Positions 42,212 to 53,054 of a stretch of 64,000 bases of DNA are shown piece after piece. The stretch is from an uncultured Spirochaetota bacterium (GTDB taxonomy: Bacteria; Spirochaetota; UBA4802; UBA5550). Each line of letters opens with the position of its first letter. The stretch's first letter is position 1. The stretch spans positions 3,928,782-3,992,781 of the forward strand of contig CAVSFD010000002.1 in the NCBI GenBank assembly GCA_963727175.1. The letters run 5' to 3'. The position numbers and the translations under genes were made by a program. The notes below the pieces were generated by a model, which did no database searches, had not been told where the DNA came from, and saw nothing but the letters and a program-made list of their open reading frames with translations.

Positions 42212-43540
42212 CTATTTATACTTCACCTTGTCCTCAAGCTTCATGTAACCGCGAACGGCCTGTGATAATCCGAACTTGATCGGCTCCGGCGGCCAGGGTA
42301 TGGTCTTCCGTCCCACGAAGAACAGGCCTGTCCTGGACGTTTTTTTGTTAAGAATCATTTCGGCGATGGTCAGGCCGTTCAGTGTGGTCATGGACACACC
42401 GTGGCCCATGCAGCCTAGGGAATAGATGGCCTTTTTGTCGTGACCGATATACCCTATGGCAGGGGCCATATCGAGGGTTATGGAAACCGGTCCTCCCCAC
42501 CGGTGGGTGATGCCGATGCCCTTCAGCTGGGGAAAGACCTCGGTTATATGCTTCTCAAGATGATTAAATATCTTATCATTGATATCATGGTCAAAACCGG
42601 CGCCGTAGGTAAGCGATACGTCACCGCCGCCCATGGCGATTCGGTTGTCCGCCGTGAGGCGGTAGTAATGTATGAAGTCGCGGGCGTCCTCCACGCCGGC
42701 GCGGCACTTCCAGCCGATTGATTTCAGCTGCTGCTTGCTGAGCGGCTCCGTGAGCACGATGTGGGTGAAGGCCGGGGTTTGCAGCGACTTCAGCTGGGGA
42801 AATATTACTGAATAGGCGTTTGTCGCCATGACCAGGTATTCGCAGACAACCTCGCCGTTAACGGTCATGACGCGGAACTTCCCGTCCCCTTTTTTCTCAA
42901 AGGCGGTGGCGGGTGAATTTTCGTATATGGCCACGCCTTTTTTCTCCGTGATGCGTTTCATCTCGCGGGCCAGCTTTGCTGGATTGAGAATCGCGCAGCG
43001 CGGCTCAAACCAACCAAGTTTATAGAATTCCGTATTGAATTCCCCGGCGAGACGGTCCCGCTCCCACCGTTCAACGCCGCTTATGCCCCACCGCTTAATG
43101 ATGTCGAAGTCGTGCTCAAGCCGCTTGATCTGTGCCGGGCTCGTGGCGACGAGGAGATATCCGGTCCGCTCGTAATCACAGATGAGCCTGTTTTTCGCGA
43201 TTAATTCATCCAGGTAATCGACGGCCTGTTCCAGATAAATCTGCGCTTCCCTCGCATTGGCGTCGCCGAAACGGAATTTCGTAATTCCCTTGGTGAGGCC
43301 GAAAAGGGTCATGGAAAACCCGCCGTTGCGCCCGCTGGCGCCGTATCCGCATATCTCGCTTTCCAGTATGCATACGTCAAGATTGGGGTTCAGCATTTTC
43401 AGGTGATACCCTGCAGAAAGACCGGTATATCCGCCGCCAATTATGACGACATCCGCCTTCTCCGATGTTTCAAGGGAAGGGTTTTCCGAGAGATCCCTGG
43501 GAAGTGTCTCCAGCCACCAGCTTTTATCGCGGTAATCCAT
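42212..43540 (-). CDS. FAD-dependent oxidoreductase (DAO family)
   Basis: N-terminal dinucleotide fold VVIIGGGYTGLSAGYHL. 442 aa. Confidence 0.7.
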   Translation of the reverse strand: MDYRDKSWWLETLPRDLSENPSLETSEKADVVIIGGGYTGLSAGYHLKMLNPNLDVCILESEICGYGASGRNGGFSMTLFGLTKGITKFRFGDANAREAQIYLEQAVDYLDELIAKNRLICDYERTGYLLVATSPAQIKRLEHDFDIIKRWGISGVERWERDRLAGEFNTEFYKLGWFEPRCAILNPAKLAREMKRITEKKGVAIYENSPATAFEKKGDGKFRVMTVNGEVVCEYLVMATNAYSVIFPQLKSLQTPAFTHIVLTEPLSKQQLKSIGWKCRAGVEDARDFIHYYRLTADNRIAMGGGDVSLTYGAGFDHDINDKIFNHLEKHITEVFPQLKGIGITHRWGGPVSITLDMAPAIGYIGHDKKAIYSLGCMGHGVSMTTLNGLTIAEMILNKKTSRTGLFFVGRKTIPWPPEPIKFGLSQAVRGYMKLEDKVKYK

Positions 43541-43733
43541 GGCACTCCTCCTGGTTGGGTTTGTAAATTTAATATATGTATGATAAAAATCAAAGTCAAG
43601 ACGGCAGGACGGTTTCGTTTAAAAGATTTTACGTGACATGGAAAAAATCATTGCTTTTTCGTTTGCCGCACATTCTTATATCACAATTCGAAGCGCTGAC
43701 TTGTATTGTCCGCGGATCGCCGCTTAACGGGCA

Positions 43734-45524
43734 TTGCTGGAGCCCGTATCCGCATCCGGCTGGGGATACCCGATGTCACAAACCATATCAATTATTACTC
43801 AGCTCACGCTGAAGCTTGAGTCGTATGCCTTTCTCATGATCACGCCCCTCGCCGTGTATTTCGTGGTGCTGAGCGGAGCCCATCGCGGACCGGACGTCAG
43901 GCTCATTGTCATTGGAGCAGTGCTGGCTGTTCCGGTTGTATTGATATTCGGATTGCCGATGAGGATACTGCGCCTTGCGCCGCTGCTCCTGTCAATATAC
44001 CGGGAGCCGTCAGATGACATGTCAGATGAAAGACTGCAGCGCTTAAAAATGGGACTGCTTAATTATCCGCTCTTTGAAGGTGTCATAATAATCATGCGGT
44101 GGGTCCTGGGCCTGACCATAGCTGCAGGATATGTTTACCTTAAAACAGGAATATTCGGTGACATCGAATACATGCTTGCCATAATACTTGTTGTTCCTGC
44201 AAACTATACTCTCTTTTATTTCACTACGGAGAATTTTCTGGCCAGGGTTCTTCTCGATGACCGGCTGAGCGAGGTGAAGCTGCAGCCGGGAACATACCGG
44301 CACATAAGCCTCTTTACCAGGACACTCCTTATCCTCGTGTCCATAATAATAATACCAACGGTCATATTTGGCTATTTCTTTGTCCTTTCCCAGGCCGGGT
44401 TGATACATTTCCAGAATACCAGGCTCCACGTGTTTTTCATTGTGGGACTGTCACTCCTCTCCATTATTGTCACCGCCTACGAGTCGACGGTCAATATTCG
44501 CCGCGGCCTTAACCTGACGATCCGCACCCTCGAAAACATGCGGAGCGGAAAATTCGGCATCCACCTGGCGATGATCTCCCGCGACGAAATCGGCATGATA
44601 ACACAGTACATCAATTTCCTGGCGGAGGCCCTCAGGTCGTACGTGAAGAAGAACAAGGACCTGACCGACAACCTGGAATGGAAGGTGGAGCAGAGGACCG
44701 AAGAGCTTAATTCCGCCATGGAGGAGCTGACCGCGACAAACGATCAACTGAAAGAAGCCCGTGACGAGTTGTGGGGAGAAATGGAATTGACCAAGAAAAT
44801 CCAGTCTTCGCTCCTCCCGGGACGGCCCCTGATCGCCGGTTATGATGTGGCGGTCCACATCGCACCTGCAGCCCAGGTTGGCGGCGATTATTATGATGTC
44901 ATTAATTGTCCCGGCCTCGACTGGGTTGTCATAGGCGACGTATCAGGGCACGGGGTCCCTGCGGGACTGGTAATGATGATGGCGCAAACGGCCATCCGGA
45001 CACTCCTCAGGAACAATCCTGACGTTGAACCCCATCGCCTCATCGAGGCCATGAACGGCGTTCTCCACGAGAACATAAAAAAAATCGCCGAAGACAAGTA
45101 CATGACGCTGACGGTCATTGCGGTGCACCATGACGGAACCCTGCGGTTTTCAGGCCTCCACGAGGACATACTGATCTATAATGCCGCTACGGGCCGCGTG
45201 TCAGCCAACGAGACTGACGGCGTGTGGATCGGCATGTACGGCGATATCGGCGGCCAGGTTCGGTCTGATACGCTTGCGCTTGAGCCGGGCGACGTGATGC
45301 TGCTTCATACGGACGGGGTGGTGCAGGCATGGCACCGCGAGTCCGTGCGGGGCCAGCGCACCCCGGAGATAGACATGTTCGGACAGAAACGCCTGATTTC
45401 GCTACTGGAACGAAACGGTGATCAATCGCCGAATATCATCCTGAATGAGATAATCCGGGACCTTGAAGGATTCCGGCGGGATGATGACGCCACGGTGGTC
45501 GTGGTCAAACGGTCACGGGAATAA
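43734..45524 (+). CDS. membrane sensor protein with HAMP domain and PP2C/SpoIIE-type Ser phosphatase domain
   Basis: N-terminal multi-TM region, HAMP-like linker, coiled coil, and PPM motifs (GGDYYDV, GDVSGHG, DGV). Confidence 0.7.
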   Translation: MLEPVSASGWGYPMSQTISIITQLTLKLESYAFLMITPLAVYFVVLSGAHRGPDVRLIVIGAVLAVPVVLIFGLPMRILRLAPLLLSIYREPSDDMSDERLQRLKMGLLNYPLFEGVIIIMRWVLGLTIAAGYVYLKTGIFGDIEYMLAIILVVPANYTLFYFTTENFLARVLLDDRLSEVKLQPGTYRHISLFTRTLLILVSIIIIPTVIFGYFFVLSQAGLIHFQNTRLHVFFIVGLSLLSIIVTAYESTVNIRRGLNLTIRTLENMRSGKFGIHLAMISRDEIGMITQYINFLAEALRSYVKKNKDLTDNLEWKVEQRTEELNSAMEELTATNDQLKEARDELWGEMELTKKIQSSLLPGRPLIAGYDVAVHIAPAAQVGGDYYDVINCPGLDWVVIGDVSGHGVPAGLVMMMAQTAIRTLLRNNPDVEPHRLIEAMNGVLHENIKKIAEDKYMTLTVIAVHHDGTLRFSGLHEDILIYNAATGRVSANETDGVWIGMYGDIGGQVRSDTLALEPGDVMLLHTDGVVQAWHRESVRGQRTPEIDMFGQKRLISLLERNGDQSPNIILNEIIRDLEGFRRDDDATVVVVKRSRE

Positions 45525-45593
45525 CTGACGAACATTTAATATCATTTAAATCTGTTGATATTCAGAATTTTATAAATATCTTAAAAACTACAT

Positions 45594-45621
45594 TGACTTT
45601 GCCGTCTTCTATATGTATATT
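45594..45621 (+). promoter_or_regulatory. sigma70-like promoter (TTGACT-16-TATATT) upstream of hsp20
   Basis: Hexamers at 45594-45599 and 45616-45621. Confidence 0.3.
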
Positions 45622-45674
45622 CCAGTAATTAATTGATTCGAATAGATCAATGAAATTATATGCGAGGTGCCGAC

Positions 45675-45977
45675 ATGGAAAAGGAAAGAATTAAAGTATC
45701 GCCTGATGTGTGTACCTATAACAGCGAAGATAACAAGACCCTTGTTCTGGAGATATCGATACCCGGCGTTGACAGGAAGGATATCGACCTGAAGATGCTG
45801 GACGACAGTTTTACCCTCAGCGCTCCCCGGGAGGACCTGGAATTTACCCTGGCTCTCTCCCTCTGCTGTCCCGTACGTGCGGCTGACACCAGGGCCGAGT
45901 ATCATAATGGCCTTCTCAGGATAGAAGCTCCCTACAAGGATTTCATGGAAAACGCGGTGCGGGTAAAAGTGGCATAG
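45675..45977 (+). CDS. Hsp20/alpha-crystallin family small heat-shock protein (short)
   Basis: Alpha-crystallin domain features (LVLEISIPGVDRKDIDL, GLLRIEAP). About 100 aa. Confidence 0.5.
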   Translation: MEKERIKVSPDVCTYNSEDNKTLVLEISIPGVDRKDIDLKMLDDSFTLSAPREDLEFTLALSLCCPVRAADTRAEYHNGLLRIEAPYKDFMENAVRVKVA

Positions 45978-46045
45978 GTTGGTTGAAAATAAAAAAGGCA
46001 CGGTTGTGTAACCGTGCCTTTTGAATATTAGCGTTTTATTACTTT

Positions 46046-47668
46046 TTAGATAAAGAAAAGAAGTGTTATCAGGATAAAAGTCGGTATCAGTACTGCAACT
46101 GAATAGACCATGTAACCGAAGAAGCTCGGCATCTTTACCCCCTGTTCCTCAGCTATGGACTTTACCATGAAATTCGGTCCGTTGCCTATGTAGCTGTTGG
46201 CCCCCATGAACACGGCCCCGCAGGATATCGCAGTCAGCACCATGGTTGATACATGGCTGCCGTCATTGAGGATGATATCCTTTGAAAGGTTGAGCCCCTT
46301 CGCCAGCGATAAGAAGGTGAGGTATGTCGGAGCATTGTCAAGAAATGACGACAGACCGCCGGTGGCCCAGAAAAACTGCCATGGCTGGGTGATACCCAGG
46401 GCGGCTCCCTTGTGCTCCAGGATATAGAGGGCCGGGATCATGGCAGCGAATATTCCGGCGAAGAGAAAGGCGACTTCCTTTATCGGCCCGAAGGTAAAAC
46501 CGTTCGACTGGCGGAGCTCGCTCTTGTACGGCGTCAGGATTAGTGACACACCCAGGAGAATGGCCATACCGACTTCTTGGAAACCGAAGCGGGGCCACCA
46601 GGACACTTTTTTGACCAGCAGTCCCTGAAGGAAAACGATAACCACGACCCCTGCAATGAGGGCAAGATTGATTTTACCGTCAATCCCGAATTTTTCACCT
46701 CCCGCTGCCGGAGAATTTCCGGAGAAGCCTTCAAGCCTCTGGAGGGCGCGCGCCAGCATGCCCCGGATGTTTTTCAACAGTGCGACGCTCACTTTTTTCT
46801 CAACAATAAGATTCTTAATATCAAGCATGTCGATTGCCGCGGAGATGTCTCTCTTCACAAGTAATATAGTATCCGTGCCATTGCCTGCACTGGCAATACC
46901 TGCCTTTGCGGGAAATTCCTTCCGGTAGAGGATGGTGTCCATGATGAAGAAAACTGTCAGCACTATTGTACAGGCAACGGCCCACTGCGGAATAAGCCTG
47001 AAGGTCCACTCGAAGGGGACCCCCTGGAGGTACCCCAGGAAGAGGGGAGGGTCGCCCAGCGGCGTGAGAGATCCGCCGATGTTGCTGACAATGAATATGA
47101 AGAATATTATTACATGGGCTTTATTTTTTCGATCTTTGTTTGCCCTGATGAGGGGGCGCACAAGAAGCATCGACGCGCCCGTTGTTCCGATGAAACTGGC
47201 GATGACGCTTCCAATGAGAAGGAAGATAGTGTTGACCTTTGGCGTTCCAGAGAGGCTTCCCTTGATAAGGATGCCACCCGAAATAACGAAGAGTGACGCC
47301 AGGAGTATGATAAATGAAACATAGTCCAGGGCCTTCTCAAATGACAGGGTCCTGAGCTGATCTCCCATGAAAACCGTGAAGATGATACTCATGGGGACGC
47401 AGAATACCCCCAGGGAAATCCACCAGAGATTCTTTTCCCAGAAGTGGGCATTGATAAGAGGAATAATGGCTATACAGAGCAGTATCCCGATGAAGGGAAG
47501 CACCCATAATACAGAAATATCCGGCGCCGCTTCGGCTGCGGCCTTCTCTCCGGCCAGGAGACCAATACTATTCAAAAAAACCAGAATCATCGAAAACACT
47601 GCAATAGTAATAATTCTTTTCTTCATATTATTTTCCTCGCCCGGCAACGCTATATTATTATTGCCCAT
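46046..47668 (-). CDS. ArsB/NhaD-superfamily permease (Na+/H+ antiporter NhaD- or anion permease-like)
   Basis: 540 aa, about 12-14 TM segments, duplicated half-domains typical of the ArsB/NhaD/CitMHS fold. Confidence 0.6.
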   Translation of the reverse strand: MGNNNIALPGEENNMKKRIITIAVFSMILVFLNSIGLLAGEKAAAEAAPDISVLWVLPFIGILLCIAIIPLINAHFWEKNLWWISLGVFCVPMSIIFTVFMGDQLRTLSFEKALDYVSFIILLASLFVISGGILIKGSLSGTPKVNTIFLLIGSVIASFIGTTGASMLLVRPLIRANKDRKNKAHVIIFFIFIVSNIGGSLTPLGDPPLFLGYLQGVPFEWTFRLIPQWAVACTIVLTVFFIMDTILYRKEFPAKAGIASAGNGTDTILLVKRDISAAIDMLDIKNLIVEKKVSVALLKNIRGMLARALQRLEGFSGNSPAAGGEKFGIDGKINLALIAGVVVIVFLQGLLVKKVSWWPRFGFQEVGMAILLGVSLILTPYKSELRQSNGFTFGPIKEVAFLFAGIFAAMIPALYILEHKGAALGITQPWQFFWATGGLSSFLDNAPTYLTFLSLAKGLNLSKDIILNDGSHVSTMVLTAISCGAVFMGANSYIGNGPNFMVKSIAEEQGVKMPSFFGYMVYSVAVLIPTFILITLLFFI

Positions 47669-47798
47669 GAATCAATAATAAAATAGTGCCATTGAAAAAT
47701 TTCACACGACATGAGGCAGCTAACTGCTTGTCTGTAAGTCCATCGCGATACCATAGCATGTGCCATGTTGCCATGCTCTGCCGATTGATTGATACTGA

Positions 47799-48353
47799 TT
47801 AACCCGGCAGTTTGGCGTTCATGAGGTTCTTGCCTATTTCAGCAAGAAATATCTCGCAGGCGATGCAGCCCAGCGAGAGGAATAACAGGAACAACCTGCC
47901 GGGATACTCTGTTCCATATACCAGCGCGATTATGCCCATGGCCGTGGACAGGACCAGCAGTAATGAGGCTGCAGAAATTTTTCTTACCAGATACGGCGTA
48001 GTGAGTCGTTTAAACCGTGTCTTCCCGTCGATGAGTCCGCAGAGGAAGGCCGCTGCCACGCTGAGAGGCATGAGCAGTGACGCGATCCTGACGGTAATAA
48101 GCAGGTCATGTCCCAGCGTAGGATTGACCGCCACCCCCAGAAGAATGAAGGGCGGGATGATCGCAGCAAAGGCCTGGGGGAAGTGGACCGCGATTGGATG
48201 CAGGTTCATGCCCAGGATCATCTTTCTTCTCGGGGAGATGTTTTCACGGTGGGGTTCAAATGCCGACCGCGGCACACCGCATGCCGGGCATTTATCCCCG
48301 AGTTTCTTTTCATCGATGATAAAACCGCATGCCTTGCATCTTACCTGTTCCAT
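47799..48353 (-). CDS. membrane protein with N-terminal rubredoxin-like zinc ribbon (CKACG...CPACG)
   Basis: Two CxxCG pairs followed by 4 predicted TM helices. No family assigned. Confidence 0.35.
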   Translation of the reverse strand: MEQVRCKACGFIIDEKKLGDKCPACGVPRSAFEPHRENISPRRKMILGMNLHPIAVHFPQAFAAIIPPFILLGVAVNPTLGHDLLITVRIASLLMPLSVAAAFLCGLIDGKTRFKRLTTPYLVRKISAASLLLVLSTAMGIIALVYGTEYPGRLFLLFLSLGCIACEIFLAEIGKNLMNAKLPG

Positions 48354-48725
48354 AACGTTTTCGCCTCAAAATAATATCTGCCGGTACGGGTGAAATAACA
48401 TTATCTGTCATTAAAGTCAAGAATTTAAGATTTAAATCGATATTCATCAAATTATTCGCCCGGTCATAGTAAACAGATATCAATCAAATGTGCAGTTGGT
48501 CCCGGGTCCAATTTAACAAGTACAAAAAAATTTTGATTGGTTGAAGACCAATAGTTTTTTACTTTGACATAATATTTACTATAAATTATTCTTAATCAAA
48601 ACAAATAAATGCCTGTGTCCGGGCTCTGTCTCGTGTTTATCGATACTATCATTTCATCAATATGCAAGTCATCCCAAAGCAAATGCTGGAGGGTGCTAAA
48701 TAAAAAATAAATAAGGAGGAAGGCG

Positions 48726-49394
48726 ATGAAGTTTCAGCATAAACTGACGGCCATTATAACGGCATGCGCGCTTGTAGCGTTGATACCATTCTTTGCAGCG
48801 GCAAAAGATGAGAAACCCAAGGACGCGAATAAACAAGTGGTAAAAAAGGATCATCCCTGGGTACAGAAAAAAAATAAAGACGGCATCCAGGTGTTCGTCC
48901 GTGAAGTAGATGGAATCGATTTCAAGGAGTTTCTCGGCGTTACGGTCATGGACGCTCCTATGGCGGTGATTGACAAGATCATCAGCGATGTTCCGAACCA
49001 GGTGAACTGGATGTGCGACACCATCGAGTCGAAGGTCATCAAGAATGATCCGGTGAATCCGATACAGTATAATGTGGTTACGGCTCCCCTCGTATCCAAC
49101 CGGGACGTTGTCATCCAGACACACATTGTCCGGACCCCTACCAAGATCATCCGTTCTTTCCAGGGAATACAGCTCGATTCAGTTCCGCAGAGAAAAGGGA
49201 TCGTACGTATGCCCAAGATGGTCGGCGTATGGATGTTCGAAGCGGTGGGTAAAAACCAGACAAAAGTCACCTATCAGAATCTTGCGGATCCGGGCGGAAG
49301 CCTTCCGTCGGGCCTCGTCAACATGACAGTAGTGAAGATGCCTTTCGTATCATTGCAAAAGATGAAGGAACAGATTCCGAAATTCAGCAAGTAA
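48726..49394 (+). CDS. secreted SRPBCC/START-like lipid-binding domain protein
   Basis: Signal peptide MKFQHKLTAIITACALVALIPFFAAA. Size and secondary-structure pattern fit a helix-grip fold. GGAGG RBS. Confidence 0.4.
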   Translation: MKFQHKLTAIITACALVALIPFFAAAKDEKPKDANKQVVKKDHPWVQKKNKDGIQVFVREVDGIDFKEFLGVTVMDAPMAVIDKIISDVPNQVNWMCDTIESKVIKNDPVNPIQYNVVTAPLVSNRDVVIQTHIVRTPTKIIRSFQGIQLDSVPQRKGIVRMPKMVGVWMFEAVGKNQTKVTYQNLADPGGSLPSGLVNMTVVKMPFVSLQKMKEQIPKFSK

Positions 49395-49492
49395 TAAACA
49401 GATTTCCCACGTGAACTACAAAGGCCGGTCAAATCCGGCCTTTTTTTATTATATTTTACTTTACTTTTTCAAATTATACCCTAATAATTAAC

Positions 49493-51310
49493 ATGTTGTC
49501 ATTCTTTGGTGGAGAGACTCTTATGCCGGAATTCAAGGTGCTCATTGAGTTATCACAGTTGTTCATACCCGTCGCTTTTTCAGGTATGCTTTTTCTGGGA
49601 TGGCTTCTTTTCACCTATATGTATCTCCGCTCGAAGCAGGCGCTCCATCTAGCCATGCTGATACTCTTTTTCCTGGGATTTATCTTCGTCTTTTCCGAGG
49701 CAATGATTCTGTCGGTTGGCATGTGGCGCCTTGACGCCTCCATCGGGATGCAGTTTCATCGGATCGAGCAATTGTCCGGCGCTTATTTCATCTTCGCCAT
49801 ACCGCTACTGGTACAAAGCCTGACTGAGCTGACGCCGGAATGGCAGAGAGTCAACCGCTACTTAGGCTATGCCGGCCTGGGCATAGCCATGCTGATTACT
49901 GTTGCGGCCTTTGTGACGCCGGATCTCTACATTTCCCAGGCGAACCACAAAGCCGGTTGGGATACCATCCAGGCTGACTATGGACGCGGCATTGAAGGCC
50001 CCCTGTACCAGGCCCGGGACGCCATCATCGGGGTTATGATACTGTACGGAACCGTCTGCTTTATCTTCGAGATGGTAAAACACCGCCGCTTCGCCTATGT
50101 GCTGCCGCCCTTTATCGGCTTCATCATAGCAATTCACGGCGCCTTTGTCGATATCATGTTTGTCTACACCCGCGTGTATTACGATTTAACTCCATGGAGC
50201 AACCATTCGCGCTTTACCGTGGGTATCACTGCCATGATCGTATTCTGCATGAGCGCCGTGTTCACGAAGTTTTTCGACATGGCCCATGAAGTGGAGCGGG
50301 CGGAGTCGCACGCAACGGCGGAGGCAGAAAAGAACCTTGAGCAGAACCGGTTTATCCGGGAAGTGCTGGATACCGGTTCAGGATCCCTCGTCGTGGACAT
50401 CGAGTCTCTTTCCGCCACCATATCGGACTTTAACAAGCACAGCCAGGAGCAGGCAGCCGCGACAGAGGAGGTCACCGCTTCAATCGAGGAGATCACGGCA
50501 GGCGTGGACAACGTAAAGAATAACGCGGATGAGCAGTACGATAATCTGGAACTTCTGCTGGGCACGATGGAGAACCTGTCGGAGATCATCGTCACCATGA
50601 ACGCCCTGGTAGAGGAGGCCCTCACCATGATCGACCAGATTTCGGTAAATGCCAAGTCCGGTGAACAGTCCCTCAGGGTGATGAACGAAAGCATGGGCAA
50701 TATCAGCAAAAGTTCGCAGGAAATGACCGGCATCATCCAGATCATCAACGACATATCGGACAAGATCAATTTGCTGAGCCTTAACGCGGCCATCGAGGCT
50801 GCCCGGGCCGGCGACGCGGGCCGCGGCTTCGCCGTCGTCGCCGACGAGATATCAAAGCTGGCAGACCAGACCGCGTCATCCATCAAGAGCATAGACACCC
50901 TCATCAGGACCAATGAAAGCGAGATCGCCAAGGGGAACCAGAACGTGGGCGCCGCCGTGGAGAAGATCAACTACATCATAAGCGAGATCGAAAAGATCGT
51001 GGAGAAGATAACGGTCATCTCGCAGAATATGAGCCAGCAAACCGTCGCAAACCAGACGGTAAACGAGAACGCCGAAAAGGTCAAGATACGCTCGGAGCAG
51101 ATTACCAACGCGATGAACGAACAGAAACTTGCAATCGAAGAAATATCGAAGACCGTCGGCTCCATCAACGAGCTGTCGCAGCACAACACGCACCAGATAA
51201 TTCAGATCACGGATTCCACCAAGTCCATTGTTGCCAGGGTGGAAAACATGCACGGCGATATTGAAAACTTTGTCCAGAAGTCTCACCGTTCCGGCAGCAA
51301 GGATTCATGA
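49493..51310 (+). CDS. methyl-accepting chemotaxis protein (membrane sensor N-terminus + MCP signalling domain)
   Basis: Conserved signalling hairpin (LLSLNAAIEAARAGDAGRGFAVVADEISKLA). About 7 N-terminal TM helices. Confidence 0.85.
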   Translation: MLSFFGGETLMPEFKVLIELSQLFIPVAFSGMLFLGWLLFTYMYLRSKQALHLAMLILFFLGFIFVFSEAMILSVGMWRLDASIGMQFHRIEQLSGAYFIFAIPLLVQSLTELTPEWQRVNRYLGYAGLGIAMLITVAAFVTPDLYISQANHKAGWDTIQADYGRGIEGPLYQARDAIIGVMILYGTVCFIFEMVKHRRFAYVLPPFIGFIIAIHGAFVDIMFVYTRVYYDLTPWSNHSRFTVGITAMIVFCMSAVFTKFFDMAHEVERAESHATAEAEKNLEQNRFIREVLDTGSGSLVVDIESLSATISDFNKHSQEQAAATEEVTASIEEITAGVDNVKNNADEQYDNLELLLGTMENLSEIIVTMNALVEEALTMIDQISVNAKSGEQSLRVMNESMGNISKSSQEMTGIIQIINDISDKINLLSLNAAIEAARAGDAGRGFAVVADEISKLADQTASSIKSIDTLIRTNESEIAKGNQNVGAAVEKINYIISEIEKIVEKITVISQNMSQQTVANQTVNENAEKVKIRSEQITNAMNEQKLAIEEISKTVGSINELSQHNTHQIIQITDSTKSIVARVENMHGDIENFVQKSHRSGSKDS

Positions 51311-51444
51311 TCTCTCGTCGATTGTCACGCCACGAGCAGGAGGATCCCGGTCGTAATCACTGACCGGGAAGCTCACCGGATGCATCCAGGTGCACCGGAA
51401 AAAATATTGACACAAACAGATGATGTTTATAGGTTGATTCCCCT

Positions 51445-51519
51445 CGGGGTGTAGCTCAGCCCGGTTAGAGCGCCTGCTTTGGGAGCAGGAAGTCGGAGGT
51501 TCGAATCCTCTCACCCCGA
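51445..51519 (+). tRNA. tRNA-Pro (anticodon TGG)
   Basis: Cloverleaf folded by hand: acceptor cggggtg/caccccg, D stem gctc/gagc, anticodon stem cctgc/gcagg with loop ttTGGga, T loop ttcgaat. CCA not encoded. Confidence 0.85.
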
Positions 51520-51531
51520 AAGTGAAACAAT

Positions 51532-51604
51532 GCGCCAGTAGCTCAGTGGATAGAGCAACGGCCTTCTAAGCCGTTGGTCGCAAGTTCGATCCTTGCCTGG
51601 CGCG
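51532..51604 (+). tRNA. tRNA-Arg (anticodon TCT)
   Basis: Acceptor gcgccag/ctggcgc, anticodon stem acggc/gccgt with loop ctTCTaa, T loop ttcgatc. Confidence 0.85.
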
Positions 51605-51607
51605 AAG

Positions 51608-51636
51608 GAAGCCCCTGGAGAATCCAGGGGCTTTAT
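51608..51636 (+). terminator. rho-independent terminator after the tRNA pair (gcccctgga-gaat-tccaggggc + T-rich tail)
   Basis: 9-bp GC-rich stem followed by tttataatt. Confidence 0.5.
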
Positions 51637-51809
51637 AATTAATTATTTTCCCCCAAACACTTTTTTCTCCCGCCACTATTTTGTATATTTTATAATTGAT
51701 GGCACTAATGGTGCGGTGTGGTTAAACAACCATATATCTATCGATGTATCGGTAGCTGCAGGGCGAACGAAATCATTGAGTCATATGACGATCTGATCGG
51801 TACAAGCAT

Positions 51810-51995
51810 GTGAGAATAATTATAGCATTATTGGGCATGGTTGTCACCGGGGGTTTTATCGGATACATCTATCGGTTTCACATTTACCCCGGCACACCAC
51901 GATGGGTGGTTCCCCACATGACGGCGGTCCTGGCCGTTATTGTTTTTGTGTTTATTGTTGTTTACATTGCCGTTGGCACTACACGAAAAAAATAA
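51810..51995 (+). CDS. small hydrophobic protein (2 TM), hypothetical
   Basis: 61-aa ORF made almost entirely of two TM helices. Confidence 0.2.
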   Translation: MRIIIALLGMVVTGGFIGYIYRFHIYPGTPRWVVPHMTAVLAVIVFVFIVVYIAVGTTRKK

Positions 51996-52093
51996 ACGTT
52001 TTAACCTGTTGCCGGCGGCAGCATTAAAAACTGATTTACAAATTGCGTCTAACAGCTCATTATTGAACGACATATCAAGCTTCCGGAGGTGTT

Positions 52094-52807
52094 ATGATTA
52101 CACAATTGAAGATCGGCGACAGCGTCAGGGATGGCTGGGGCGGCTTCAAAAAAAATGCCGGAACGGCTATCGGCCTGATCGTTATCTATGGTATGATTAC
52201 TTCAATCGGCGGAGTCATACCGGTGGTTAATGTTGCTGTCAATCTTGTAGTTACTCCCATACTGTCGGCCGGTCTCTCGATATTTGCGCTGAAAGTGGCG
52301 AGAGGCGGGGAGGGGCGGATCGAGGATCTTTTCAAAGGATTCAACCAGTTCGGGAGCTTCCTGGGGGCGTACTGGCTCTTTCTCCTCATTGTCGTTGGCG
52401 CCTTTCTGCCGGCAGCGATCGGATTCGGGATTGATGTCGCCATAAATGGCGGTATCGCAAATCTTTTCCCCTACATTACAATTGTCGTTTCATCGGTCAC
52501 CTTTGTTGCCCTCATTATTGTATTGCTTCGGTTTTCCATGGTTACGTATCTCATCATTGACGGTATGGATGTGATGAATGCATTCAGGGAAAGCGCGCGG
52601 ATAACACGGGGGTTCACCGGTAAACTGTTCCTCCTGGCCCTGGTCATCGGATTGATGATAATCGCCGGCGTCCTTCTTCTGTTCATGGGTCTCCTTGTGG
52701 CCATTCCCGTGACAATGATAACCTTTGCTGCGGCCTATACCAGGTTAAAGCAGGTTGTCCCGGCATCCACTGTACAGGGTACACCCCCTGTCACGACGAG
52801 CATGTAA
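52094..52807 (+). CDS. polytopic membrane protein of unknown function (about 6 TM)
   Basis: 237-aa ORF with GGAGG RBS. No enzymatic motifs recognised. Confidence 0.45.
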   Translation: MITQLKIGDSVRDGWGGFKKNAGTAIGLIVIYGMITSIGGVIPVVNVAVNLVVTPILSAGLSIFALKVARGGEGRIEDLFKGFNQFGSFLGAYWLFLLIVVGAFLPAAIGFGIDVAINGGIANLFPYITIVVSSVTFVALIIVLLRFSMVTYLIIDGMDVMNAFRESARITRGFTGKLFLLALVIGLMIIAGVLLLFMGLLVAIPVTMITFAAAYTRLKQVVPASTVQGTPPVTTSM

Positions 52808-53054
52808 ATGCTGTTCTGTTGGCAGGGGTTTAAAACCCTTGCTGACAGAATAGCGGACATTCGTAATACATCCATTTTCACTTTCGGAAAGAATCACCTC
52901 TCAATTCCAATTCAGATTGATTTTGATAAGATTAATTCTCTGCTATTTTATAATTGATGCATTACTATTATTTTGGATCTATGGCTTTACCGGCATGGTC
53001 CATCGTTGCTTATCCGCGGCATATAGTTATTATATTGAGATAAAGAGGAAGTCC

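Noticed and set aside
48354-48725. Divergent promoter region with TTGGT-TGAAG-ACCAA palindrome and a TTGACA box
   Set aside because: The palindrome and -35 box are visible, but no acceptably spaced -10 hexamer could be paired with TTGACA. Too weak to list as a feature.
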